From an uncultured Solirubrobacteraceae bacterium (GTDB lineage: Bacteria > Actinomycetota > Thermoleophilia > Solirubrobacterales > Solirubrobacteraceae), in the NCBI GenBank assembly GCA_964588985.1, contig CAZPQW010000006.1, positions 102,184-166,183 of the forward strand: DNA of 64,000 nucleotides, given 5' to 3'. The translations under genes and the position numbers were made by a program. The notes beneath the pieces are model-generated. The model saw nothing but the letters and a program-made list of their open reading frames with translations. It had not been told where the DNA came from and ran no database searches. Shown in pieces: positions 8,941 through 18,079 of the stretch (positions are counted from its first letter, which is position 1; each line of letters starts with the position of its first letter).

Positions 8941-9180
8941 ATGATCTACTGCGTCGTGCCAAAGCCCCTCGCCGACGAGCTCTATCCGAAGCTCGTGGAG
9001 CACTACAAAGACGACGCCAACGTGAGCGTGATCGTCGATCGGCGCGAGTTCGATCGGCGTGCTCGCTACGGGTCCTCCGGCGCCGCAGGCGACGAGGACG
9101 TCACGCAGAAGCGGATCGTGCGCGACCGTCGCCGTGCCCGCGTGGCCGGCGATCTGCTGCCGCTCGCACAGGCCTCCTAG
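8941..9180 (+). CDS. small hypothetical protein with repeated DRR motifs
   Basis: MIYCVVPKPLADELYPKL...VIVDRREFDRR...RDRRRAR; TAAGAT -10 upstream. Confidence 0.75.
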   Translation: MIYCVVPKPLADELYPKLVEHYKDDANVSVIVDRREFDRRARYGSSGAAGDEDVTQKRIVRDRRRARVAGDLLPLAQAS

Positions 9181-9230
9181 CGCCTGTCCTCGACAGCTCC
9201 GTCTCAAGCGCTCTGCATAATGCCGTCGCG

Positions 9231-9641
9231 ATGAAGGTCATCGTCCATGTCGACGGGGGTGCCCGCGGCAACCCCGGCCCATCCGCCGCCGCTTGCGTGA
9301 TCTCCTCGCCCGACGGCGAGGTGCTCGGCGAGCACGCGGAGCTGCTCGGCACCCAGACGAACAACGTTGCCGAGTATCGAGCCCTGCTGCTCGGCCTCGC
9401 CAAGGCGCGCGAGCTGGGGGCGAGCGAGATCGAGGTGATCGGCGACTCCGAGCTGATCGCCAAGCAGGTCAACGGCATCTACAAGGTCAAGCACCCCGCG
9501 ATGCGCCCCCTTTACCTCGAAGCCATGGAGGCGCTCAAAGCATTCGACCGCTGGTCGATAAGAACCGTCCCGCGCGCCCAGAACGCCGAAGCCGACGCCC
9601 TGGTGAACGCCGCCCTGGACCGCGCCCGCGCCGCAAGCTGA
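9231..9641 (+). CDS. rnhA: ribonuclease HI
   Basis: VDGGARGNPG, TNNVAEY, GDSELI, VPRAQNAEADALVN. Confidence 0.93.
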   Translation: MKVIVHVDGGARGNPGPSAAACVISSPDGEVLGEHAELLGTQTNNVAEYRALLLGLAKARELGASEIEVIGDSELIAKQVNGIYKVKHPAMRPLYLEAMEALKAFDRWSIRTVPRAQNAEADALVNAALDRARAAS

Positions 9642-9695
9642 ACCGCCCCCCGCGTTTCGCGCTAACCGCTGTTCCGAGCTTCTAGGCAAAACGAA

Positions 9696-9751
9696 GCGGC
9701 GAGACGATTTCGTCGCCCACGCGAAGCGTCGCGACGAAATCGACTCGCCGC
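9696..9751. repeat. 21-bp inverted repeat (1 mismatch) between convergent genes; REP-like or bidirectional terminator
   Basis: GCGGCGAGACGATTTCGTCGC ... GCGACGAAATCGACTCGCCGC; loop contains ACGC-GAA-GCGT. Confidence 0.75.
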
Positions 9752-9769
9752 GGAGCGCCCCGCGTAGCG

Positions 9770-11335
9770 CTAATGCAAGCTTTGCGCCGATTTGGCCAGC
9801 GCCAACATCTGCTGGTTCGACAGGTCCTCGAGCAGCGTGTTCGTGAACCAGTAGAGCACCCGACCCTCGCGCCAGCCGATCACGTGGATGTGCGCGCCGT
9901 CGTTGACGAAACGGTAGGAGCGACCGTCGATCTCCTGGGTGCGGGCGTGGGCGAACAGCGGCGGGTTGAGCCAGTCACTGCCCTCGAAGTCGTAGTAGCC
10001 GCCGAGCGTGTTCTGGCGCCACACCACCACGTAGGCGTTGTGTTTTTTGTGCTGCTGGTCTTCGAGTTGGTACGCGCGCACCATCTGCTGCTCGCCCTGC
10101 CCGGTCTGCAGCGTGGGGTAGAGCACCCGGAAGGGCAGGCTCAAAGCCGCTTTGACCGCTTCGGCCTCGCCGCTGGACGGGTACAGGCCCAGGGCGCGCG
10201 CCGCAGCGGATGCGGAGACGGTGGTGTGGGTCGCCTTCGAGTGGTGATGGTGGCTGGAGGAGTGGTGGGTCGTTTTGGAGGAGGGGAGCACGAGCTGTTC
10301 GTGGCCGTGCAGGAAGTTCGCGAGCGTCTGTTTCTCCAGTTCCGGAGTGGAGGTGACGTAGGAGCCGCCCTTGACCTGGGCGTTGACGCTGGTCGTCAGG
10401 AACTTGACCTGGCGCAGCGGCTTGGCCTGCGAGAAGGCGACCAGCTTCGTCAGTTCGATCAGCTCGCTCGCCGAGGCGCTGAAGCCGGCCTGGACGATCG
10501 CGTGTCCGACCGCTTTGGCGACGTTGTCGATCTGCCCAAGCTCGTTGCTCGGGCTGATCTGCTCGCGCAGGGAGCGGAGGAAGTCCTGTTGACGCGCGAC
10601 GCGCACGAAGTCCGAGTCTTCGTGGCGGTAGCGGACGTAGTCGAGCGCGCTTTCGTAGCACAGCTTCTGGTAGCCGGGCTGAAGGTTGATGCTCGTGTAG
10701 TCGGTCGCCGCGGTGCCGATGTTTTCGTTGAAGTAGTGGTGGTCGACGTTCACGTACGCGCAGCCGAGCGTGTCCACGACCTTGATGAAGCCCTTGAAGT
10801 TCACGTCGATGATCCCGTTCAGCTGCCCCTTCAGTTCGGGGAACACTTCGCGCACGATCGTCTCCGCCGAGAGCACGATCCCGCCCTTCGCGCCGCCGAA
10901 TTTGCTGCCGATCGTGTACGCCGCGTTGATCTTTTCGTTGGCGTAGATGCCGCCGTGCGGGTCGGTGATGTTGACGAGCAGATCGCGCGGGATCGACATC
11001 ACCGACGTCTGCCCGAGTTCGGGGTCGAGGCGCACGAGCAGGATCGTGTCGCTGCGGGCCGACGCGTTGCGTTCTTCGCTGTTCCTCGAGCCTTCCCGGC
11101 GGTCTGAGCCGAGGACCAGGAAGGTCTTCGGACCGCCGTTGTACTCCTGCGTCACGAGCCCCTTCGGCGCGTTGATTTTGTTGAGCGCGGGGAACACCTC
11201 CGAGGCGATCCCGCCGACCGTGTTGAGGGCGACGGTGGCTGTGGCCGCGCCGCTGAGCACGACGATCAGTCCGCCTCCGATCAGGAAGCGCTTCCACATG
11301 CCCCACCACATCGAGGGCGGGCGCTCGTCAGGCAT
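9770..11335 (-). CDS. LCP (LytR-CpsA-Psr) family cell-wall glycopolymer transferase
   Basis: N-terminal TM, LVLGSDRR, RSDTILLV, SIPRDL, KINAAY, YVRYRH, SDFVRVARQQ. Confidence 0.92.
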   Translation of the reverse strand: MPDERPPSMWWGMWKRFLIGGGLIVVLSGAATATVALNTVGGIASEVFPALNKINAPKGLVTQEYNGGPKTFLVLGSDRREGSRNSEERNASARSDTILLVRLDPELGQTSVMSIPRDLLVNITDPHGGIYANEKINAAYTIGSKFGGAKGGIVLSAETIVREVFPELKGQLNGIIDVNFKGFIKVVDTLGCAYVNVDHHYFNENIGTAATDYTSINLQPGYQKLCYESALDYVRYRHEDSDFVRVARQQDFLRSLREQISPSNELGQIDNVAKAVGHAIVQAGFSASASELIELTKLVAFSQAKPLRQVKFLTTSVNAQVKGGSYVTSTPELEKQTLANFLHGHEQLVLPSSKTTHHSSSHHHHSKATHTTVSASAAARALGLYPSSGEAEAVKAALSLPFRVLYPTLQTGQGEQQMVRAYQLEDQQHKKHNAYVVVWRQNTLGGYYDFEGSDWLNPPLFAHARTQEIDGRSYRFVNDGAHIHVIGWREGRVLYWFTNTLLEDLSNQQMLALAKSAQSLH

Positions 11336-11443
11336 CTTGTATCGGCGCGCGGCAGCTCATGGGCATGGGGACGAGCACGCGCAACCCCCTGACGGCACGT
11401 GCGCTCATTAGCCTAGCGAGCGGGCCGGAGCGCACGCGCCGGA

Positions 11444-12832
11444 ATGACGGGTACGCTCGATTCGATGCTGAGCCCGCGCAACCGAGAACTGCTGGGTCTC
11501 GTGCCCTCCGCGCTGCTCGTCGCGGCCGGGTTCGCCGCGATCTTCATCCAGGCCCAGAACGACACGTCGGGCGCGTCGACCAACCTGACGCTCAACAACC
11601 TCTCCGGCGTGTCGCTGTCCTACGGCGCCGTGTTCCTGGGCCTGTGCGTGGCCGCGCACGTGGTGATCCGCTACGCGCTGCCGCACGCCGACCCCTACCT
11701 GTTCCCGCTCGTGGCGGTGCTCGCGAGCATCGGGATCGTGATGGTCTACCGGATCGACCCGGTGCTGGCTCGCCAGCAGGCGCTGTGGATGGTGATCGGC
11801 CTGGGGCTGTTCGCCGCGACGATCCTCGCGCTGCGCCGGCAGGGGGTGGCGGTACTCGAGCGCTACCGCTACACGATCGCCGCCGTCGGGATCGCGATGG
11901 CGGTGCTGCCGCGGTTTCCCGGCATCGGCGAGCAGGTCAACGGCGCCTACCTCGACATCCACTTCGGCAAAGTGTCCTTCCAGCCGGCCGAGCTCGCGAA
12001 GGTCGCGATCGTGATCTTCCTCGCCTCCTACCTGCGCGACAATCGCCAGATCCTCGTGACCGCGGGACGGCGCCTGCTCGGCGTGACGATCCCGCCGATG
12101 AAGCAGTTCGGCCCGATGCTGATCGTGTGGGGGGCGTCGATGGCGACGCTTCTGATCACCCGCGAGCTCGGCACCTCGCTGATGTTCTACGGCGCGTTCC
12201 TCGCGCTTCTGTACGTCGCCACCGGGCGCTTCTCGTTCCCGCTGATCGGGCTCGTGCTGTTCTCGCTCGGGGCGTGGTTCCTCGCGGTGCACGTGAGTCA
12301 CGTCCAGGCGCGCGTGCTGGCGTGGGAACACCCATTCGACCCGGCCCTCTACAAACTCCCGGTGGGGGGCAGCTACCAGCTCGCCCAGTCGCTGTTCGCG
12401 CAGGCCGACGGCGGGCTGCTCGGCACCGGCTTCGACCGCTCGCTTCTGCGCGCGTCCCACCACGGCTCCTCGATCCTGCCGGTCCCCGAAAGCGACATGA
12501 TCTACGCGGTCATCACCAACGAGCTCGGGCTGCTCGGCGCCGCGGCGCTGCTGCTGGTGTACCTGCTGTTCGTCGCGCGCGGCCTGAAGACGGCGATCCT
12601 CGCGCGCGACTCGTTCTCCAAGCTGCTCGCCACGGGACTCTCGTTCGTGGTGGCGATGCAGGTGTTCGTGATCGTCGGCGGCGTCACCCGCGTGATCCCG
12701 CTGACGGGCGTCACGTTGCCCTTCGTCGCCTACGGCGGGTCCTCCGTGGTGATGAACTTCGTGCTCGTCGCGCTGCTGCTCGTCGTCTCAGATCGCGCGC
12801 GCAGGCCGTATTCGAGGCCCGCGCGCGCCTGA
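11444..12832 (+). CDS. rodA: FtsW/RodA/SpoVE (SEDS) family protein
   Basis: FQPAELAK, SYQLAQSL, ESDMIYA, IPLTGVTLPFVAYGGSS; multi-TM. Confidence 0.88.
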   Translation: MTGTLDSMLSPRNRELLGLVPSALLVAAGFAAIFIQAQNDTSGASTNLTLNNLSGVSLSYGAVFLGLCVAAHVVIRYALPHADPYLFPLVAVLASIGIVMVYRIDPVLARQQALWMVIGLGLFAATILALRRQGVAVLERYRYTIAAVGIAMAVLPRFPGIGEQVNGAYLDIHFGKVSFQPAELAKVAIVIFLASYLRDNRQILVTAGRRLLGVTIPPMKQFGPMLIVWGASMATLLITRELGTSLMFYGAFLALLYVATGRFSFPLIGLVLFSLGAWFLAVHVSHVQARVLAWEHPFDPALYKLPVGGSYQLAQSLFAQADGGLLGTGFDRSLLRASHHGSSILPVPESDMIYAVITNELGLLGAAALLLVYLLFVARGLKTAILARDSFSKLLATGLSFVVAMQVFVIVGGVTRVIPLTGVTLPFVAYGGSSVVMNFVLVALLLVVSDRARRPYSRPARA

Positions 12833-12920
12833 TTCGCACGCCGAGAGGCGCTGGGCGTCCTCGTTCAGGATCGCCGGCGCCGCAGGTGAGCCCGGCGAGC
12901 TGTCGAAGACCGTCGCTGCG

Positions 12921-13805
12921 ATGCTCAGCTCCACCGCCAACGCAGCGACGCCGCGAGTGTTCCTGCGCACGCCGCCGTCGCCGAGGTTCAGGCGCTACCG
13001 CGGCCTGCCGGAGGCGCGCGAGCTCGCGGAAGGGTTCTGCTCGCCCGCCGGCCTGCACAGGCGGCCATGGCTGCAGCGGCTGCGCCGCGCGCTCGACGAG
13101 GACCTGTTCGTCCTTCACTTCCAGCCGATCGTCTCGCTCGCGGACGGGACGGTGTCCCACCACGAGGCGCTGGTGCGCCTCGCCGACGAGGACGACGGGC
13201 AGCTGGTCGCGCCGGGGATGTTCCTGCCTGCCGCCGAGCGCTACGGGCTGATCCGCGACATCGACCGGATGGTGCTCGACAAGGTTGCCGCGCTGCTCGG
13301 GGACGAGTGCGCCGGCCGGGACGTCACGCTCGCGATGAACGTCTCCGCGGTGTCGGTCACGGACGGCTCGATGCTCGCCCACCTCGAGCGCTGCCTCGCC
13401 CGACACGCGGTCGATCCCGCGCGGCTCGTCGTCGAGGTCACGGAGACCGCGGCGATCTCCGACATGCGGAGCGCGCGCGACTTCTGCGCCGGGGTGATCG
13501 CGCTCGGCTGCTCGGTCGCGCTCGACGACTTCGGCGCGGGCTTCGGCTCGTTCCAGTACCTCAAGCACCTGCCGTTCACCTACCTGAAGATCGACGGCGA
13601 CTTCATCCGCCGGCTGCCCGTCTCGCGCACCGACCAGCTGGTCGTGAAGGCGCTCGCGGGCGTCGTCAGCGGGATGGGCAGGCAGACGATCGCCGAGTTC
13701 GTCGGCGACCAGGACACGATGAGCATGCTGCGCTGCTACGGCGTGGACTACGCGCAGGGCTTCGAGGTCGGGCGCCCCGTCGCGGGCATCCCCACCGCGG
13801 CGTAG
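12921..13805 (+). CDS. stand-alone EAL-domain c-di-GMP phosphodiesterase
   Basis: HFQPI, EALVRL, EVTET, LDDFGAG, LKIDG, AEFV, AQGF. Confidence 0.9.
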   Translation: MLSSTANAATPRVFLRTPPSPRFRRYRGLPEARELAEGFCSPAGLHRRPWLQRLRRALDEDLFVLHFQPIVSLADGTVSHHEALVRLADEDDGQLVAPGMFLPAAERYGLIRDIDRMVLDKVAALLGDECAGRDVTLAMNVSAVSVTDGSMLAHLERCLARHAVDPARLVVEVTETAAISDMRSARDFCAGVIALGCSVALDDFGAGFGSFQYLKHLPFTYLKIDGDFIRRLPVSRTDQLVVKALAGVVSGMGRQTIAEFVGDQDTMSMLRCYGVDYAQGFEVGRPVAGIPTAA

Positions 13806-13822
13806 ACGCCCGCCGAGCGTCT

Positions 13823-14674
13823 CTACTTCGGCTGCGGGAACTGCTGGCGCATCGCCGCGTCCCACGCCCGATCGGGCAGCAGCCGTCGCGTGAGGATCGA
13901 CAGCTTCGCCGACGGGGTGATCGTGATCCGCGCGGGCGGCCGGCGGCGCGTGATCGCGCGCTCGATCACCTTCGCCACCCGGTCGGGGCCCGCGCCGAGC
14001 ATCCGCATCGGGCCGTCGTAGGCGCCTTTGGTGATCGCGCCCACGGTCGCGTTGAAGCGCGCGTATGGGTCGTCGCTCGAGCTGCTCACGTCGGCCATGC
14101 TCGCGGTCGCCGCCTCGCCGAACTCGGTCGTGATCAGCCCCGGCTCGAGCAGCACCACGTCGACGCCGAAGCCGCGCACCTCGAAGCGCAGCGCGTCGGA
14201 AATCGCCTCGAGCGCGTGCTTGGTCGCGTGGTAGTGCCCGCCGCCGGGGAAGGTCAGCAGGCCGCCCATCGAGCCGATGTTCACGATCTTGCCCCAGCGC
14301 TGCGCGCGCATCTTCGGCAGCACCAGCTGGGTCAGCCGCACTAGGCCGAACACGTTCGTCTCGAACTGGCGGCGCATCGCCTCCACCGGCACCGTCTCGA
14401 TCGCGCCGCTCTGGCTGTAGCCGGCGTTGTTGACCAGCACGCCCACCGCGCCGTGCTCGCGCTCCACCTCCGCCACCGCCGCCTGCATCGAGGTCTCGTC
14501 GGTCACGTCGAGCGCGAGCGTGCGACAGCCGGCGTCCTTCAGATCATCGATCGTCTCCGGACGCCGCGCGGTCGCGTACACCGTCCAGCCCGAGCCGGCG
14601 AGGCGCAGCGCGGTCGCGCGGCCGATGCCGGAGGAGCAGCCCGTGATCAGCACCGCCTTCGAGGGTTCGGCCAT
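13823..14674 (-). CDS. SDR family oxidoreductase
   Basis: ITGCSSGIG, NNAG, YHATK. Confidence 0.92.
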   Translation of the reverse strand: MAEPSKAVLITGCSSGIGRATALRLAGSGWTVYATARRPETIDDLKDAGCRTLALDVTDETSMQAAVAEVEREHGAVGVLVNNAGYSQSGAIETVPVEAMRRQFETNVFGLVRLTQLVLPKMRAQRWGKIVNIGSMGGLLTFPGGGHYHATKHALEAISDALRFEVRGFGVDVVLLEPGLITTEFGEAATASMADVSSSSDDPYARFNATVGAITKGAYDGPMRMLGAGPDRVAKVIERAITRRRPPARITITPSAKLSILTRRLLPDRAWDAAMRQQFPQPK

Positions 14675-14734
14675 CGGCGGAGCATAAGGCCTGGATGCGG
14701 GTTGACAGAGCGCGCGAGAGGTAGGCTTGCGCGT

Positions 14735-16237
14735 ATGAACACTTCCTCCGCAGCCACCCTCCCCGACGCGCTGGGAGCCCCGGCGCGCGAGTTCGTGTCC
14801 AAGCCCCATCTCCTGCTGATCGGCGACGAGCGACTGGAGGCGGCCGACGGGCGCACGTTCGCGACGCTCGACCCGTCCAGCGGAAGCGAGATCGCGCAGG
14901 TCGCACTTGGCGGCGTGGACGACGTAGACCGTGCGGTCGCGGCTGCGCGCGCTGCGTTCGCGGAGGGGCCGTGGGGGTCGATGGTGGCCTCTGGTCGCGA
15001 GCGGCTGATGCACCTGCTCGCGCAGGCGCTCGAAGACCGCGCCGAGGAGTTCGCCCAGATCGAGTCGCTCGACAACGGCAAGCCCGTCGGCCTCGCCCAG
15101 TACGTCGACGTCGCCGGCGCGGTCGCGCACCTGCGCTACTACGCCGGCTGGCCCACCAAGATCGAGGGCGGCGTGCTGCCGGTGGGCGCGCCGAACATGC
15201 ACTGCTACACCCGCAGCGAACCGGTCGGCGTGGCCGCGCAGATCATCCCGTGGAACTTCCCGCTGCTGATGGCCGCGTGGAAGCTCGGGCCCGCGCTCGC
15301 GGCCGGCTGCACGGTCGTGCTCAAGCCCGCCGAGCAGACCCCGCTCAGCGCGCTGCGCCTCGGCGAGCTCGCGCTCGAGGTCGGCTTCCCGCCGGGTGTG
15401 GTCAACGTGCTCACCGGCGACGGCTCCACCGGTGCGGCGCTCGTGGACCATCCGGACGTCGACAAGGTCGCGTTCACCGGGTCGACCGCCGTGGGGCGCG
15501 AGATCGGCTCGAAGGCCGGCCGCGCGCTCAAGCGCGTCACGCTCGAGCTGGGCGGCAAGTCGCCGAACATCATCCTGCCCGACGCAGACATCGACGCCGC
15601 GATCAAGGGCTCCTACCAGGCGATCTACTTCAACACCGGGCAGGCGTGCAACGCCGGCTCGCGCCTGTTCGTCCCGAAGGAGCGCTTCGACGAGGTGATG
15701 AGCGGCCTGGCCGCCGCGGCCAGCTCCGCGCGCCTCGGGCCGGGCCTCGAGCAGGGCACCCAGCTCGGGCCGGTCGTCTCCGCCGAGCAGCACGAGCGCG
15801 TAATGGGCTACATCGAAGGGGGTCGCGCGGAAGGCGCCGAGCTGCTCGCCGGCGGCGAGGCGGCGCTCGCCGACAGCGGCGGCTACTTCATCGCGCCGAC
15901 GCTGTTCGCCACCACCTCAGACGATCTGCGCATCGCGCGGGAGGAGATCTTCGGGCCGGTGCTCGTCGCCTCGCCGTACGACTCGCTCGAGGAGGTCGCC
16001 GCCCGCGCGAACGAGGGCGACTACGGCCTCGCTGCGGGCGTGTGGACGCGCGATCTCTCCAGCGCCCACCGCATGGCCGCGCTGCTGCGCGCGGGCATGG
16101 TCTACGTCAACACGTGGGGCCTGGCCGACCCGGCGGCGCCGTTCGGCGGGTTCAAGTCCTCCGGCATCGGGCGCGAGCACGGCCGCGACGGCCTCGACGC
16201 GTACCTCGAGACCAAGACGGTCTGGACAGCGCTTTGA
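14735..16237 (+). CDS. aldehyde dehydrogenase
   Basis: IIPWNFP, KPAEQTP, FTGST, LELGGKSP, GQACNAG, EEIFGP. Confidence 0.95.
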   Translation: MNTSSAATLPDALGAPAREFVSKPHLLLIGDERLEAADGRTFATLDPSSGSEIAQVALGGVDDVDRAVAAARAAFAEGPWGSMVASGRERLMHLLAQALEDRAEEFAQIESLDNGKPVGLAQYVDVAGAVAHLRYYAGWPTKIEGGVLPVGAPNMHCYTRSEPVGVAAQIIPWNFPLLMAAWKLGPALAAGCTVVLKPAEQTPLSALRLGELALEVGFPPGVVNVLTGDGSTGAALVDHPDVDKVAFTGSTAVGREIGSKAGRALKRVTLELGGKSPNIILPDADIDAAIKGSYQAIYFNTGQACNAGSRLFVPKERFDEVMSGLAAAASSARLGPGLEQGTQLGPVVSAEQHERVMGYIEGGRAEGAELLAGGEAALADSGGYFIAPTLFATTSDDLRIAREEIFGPVLVASPYDSLEEVAARANEGDYGLAAGVWTRDLSSAHRMAALLRAGMVYVNTWGLADPAAPFGGFKSSGIGREHGRDGLDAYLETKTVWTAL

Positions 16238-16250
16238 GTCTCGCCGCTTC

Positions 16251-17591
16251 GTGAGCGCGGTCGCACAGAGCCAGCCCGCCCCGATCAGCGTCCGCTCCGA
16301 GCGCTGGGTGCCCGCGCTCGGCGCGCTGCTCGCGCTGGCGATGCTAGCCGCGACCGGCGAGATCGTCGTCGACGGCACCGCCGCCGTCTCGCCGGTGATC
16401 CCCAAGTCGCCCGTCATCGCGGGCTGGTTGTCGGGGATCGGCGAGCGCCTCGACTTCCGCATGTTCCTCCTCGCGCTGCTCGTCGCGATCGGCGGCTACG
16501 CGGGGATGCTCGCGCTCGCGCGGCTCGGTTCCGTCGGGCGTGTCTCGAAACGGTGGGCGATCGTCCTGATCGCGGCGCTGCACGGGGTCGTGTTCCTCGG
16601 CCCGATACTCCTCTCCACCGACGTGTTCAGCTACATCGCCTACGCGCGCATGGGCGTCGAGCACGGCCTCAACCCCTACCTGCACGGACCGGCGGCGATC
16701 TCGCGCGATCCCGTGTTCCAGTACGTCGGGCACGACTGGCGCCGCGTCGCCACCGCCTACGGGCCTCTGTACACGCTCATCACCTACCCGCTCGCGCCGC
16801 TCGGCGTGGTCGGCGCGGTGTGGGCGATGAAGGTCGAGGCGCTGCTCGCGAGCGCCGCGACGCTCGCGCTGGTCTGGCGCTGCGCGCGCCAGCGTGGCCT
16901 CGACCCCGTGTGGGCGATCCTCGTCGTCGGCGCCAACCCGCTGTACGTGATCTACGGGCTCGGCGGCGCGCACAACGACCTGATCATGATGGCGATGATG
17001 ATGGCCGCGGTCACACTCACGATCGCCCCCCGCGCGTCAGCCAAGGGCGAAGCGGGCGCGGCGGGCCTGGTGGTGGCGGGCGCGCTCGTAAAGGCCACCG
17101 TCGCGGCGCTGCTGCCGTTCATGGTCGTCTCCAGGCGACGGCTCGCTCCGATCCTCGGCGCGCTCGCGGCGCTCGTGCTCGGCGCGCTCGTCGGCTACGT
17201 CGCGTTCGGGATCCACGGCATTGACGTCGTAGCCGCGCTCAACCGCGACGCCGCGTTCGTCTCCAGCGACAGCTTCGCCACCGAGCTCGCGCACCTGTTC
17301 GGCAAGCCCGGCGTGTTCCCCGTCGACCACGACCTGCTCAAGGCGAGCCTCGTGCTGATCGTCCTTCACCTGCTGTGGCGCACGTGGCGCGGATACGACT
17401 GGGTGGCCGCCTCCGGCTGGGCGCTGCTCGCGATCTCCGTCACGAGCACGTGGCTGCTCGCGTGGTACATCCTCTGGCCGCTGCCGCTCGCCGTCGTCAC
17501 CCGCGACAGGCGGCTGTTGATCGCGACGCTCGCGATCCAGTCGATGTTCGTCGTGCATCAACTCACCCCGCTCATGGCGGAAGTCAAATGA
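16251..17591 (+). CDS. GT-C polyprenol-phosphomannose-dependent glycosyltransferase (MptA/MptB, GT87-like)
   Basis: LLSTDVFSYIAY, NPY, YGP, GGAHNDL, WY..W; many TM segments. Confidence 0.8.
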   Translation: MSAVAQSQPAPISVRSERWVPALGALLALAMLAATGEIVVDGTAAVSPVIPKSPVIAGWLSGIGERLDFRMFLLALLVAIGGYAGMLALARLGSVGRVSKRWAIVLIAALHGVVFLGPILLSTDVFSYIAYARMGVEHGLNPYLHGPAAISRDPVFQYVGHDWRRVATAYGPLYTLITYPLAPLGVVGAVWAMKVEALLASAATLALVWRCARQRGLDPVWAILVVGANPLYVIYGLGGAHNDLIMMAMMMAAVTLTIAPRASAKGEAGAAGLVVAGALVKATVAALLPFMVVSRRRLAPILGALAALVLGALVGYVAFGIHGIDVVAALNRDAAFVSSDSFATELAHLFGKPGVFPVDHDLLKASLVLIVLHLLWRTWRGYDWVAASGWALLAISVTSTWLLAWYILWPLPLAVVTRDRRLLIATLAIQSMFVVHQLTPLMAEVK

Positions 17592-18079
17592 ACACCCCGA
17601 GCGCACCGGCCGCGGACGGGCGATGGGCGGCGCTGCCCACATGGTTGCGCCCTCGCGACACGGAGTTCTCCGCCACCGGCCGCACGCGGCTGGTCGAGAC
17701 GACGCTGTTGGTGCTCGTCGCGCTGCTGCTCGCCACCGCCACCGTCAACGACCTGATGCGCAACCGGAACGTCAACGAGCGTCTGATCGCGGATCTGCGC
17801 ACGTGGCGCGCATACACGGGACACGACTATCTAAACCTCACGATCAGCCAGGAACTGCTCGGCCCCACGAGCATCCAGCGCGAGGTGGTCTGCGGCAACA
17901 CCGCGCCCGGAGCGCCGAAAGCGACGATCGAGATCTGCCTCGCGATCTGGGGGCCCACGGCGAACGGGCGCCGGGCGGTGCACGGCGGCTGGTACCTGCC
18001 GGCGAAAGCGCAGGACGACACGCGCTCCCTACGTTATGGCTGCTTCGGGCCGGCCTCCCGCGGGATGTGCCCGCGATGA
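17588..18079 (+). CDS. membrane-anchored hypothetical protein
   Basis: ATGA overlaps with both neighbours; one TM followed by a domain with four Cys. Confidence 0.7.
   Translation: MNTPSAPAADGRWAALPTWLRPRDTEFSATGRTRLVETTLLVLVALLLATATVNDLMRNRNVNERLIADLRTWRAYTGHDYLNLTISQELLGPTSIQREVVCGNTAPGAPKATIEICLAIWGPTANGRRAVHGGWYLPAKAQDDTRSLRYGCFGPASRGMCPR

Noticed and set aside
14623-14636. 14-bp match (CGATGCCGGAGGAG) to the tRNA-Met 3' end region, a possible att site
   Set aside because: It encodes the conserved SSGIG part of the SDR Rossmann motif, and the intervening 35 kb is mostly core-like genes; coincidence
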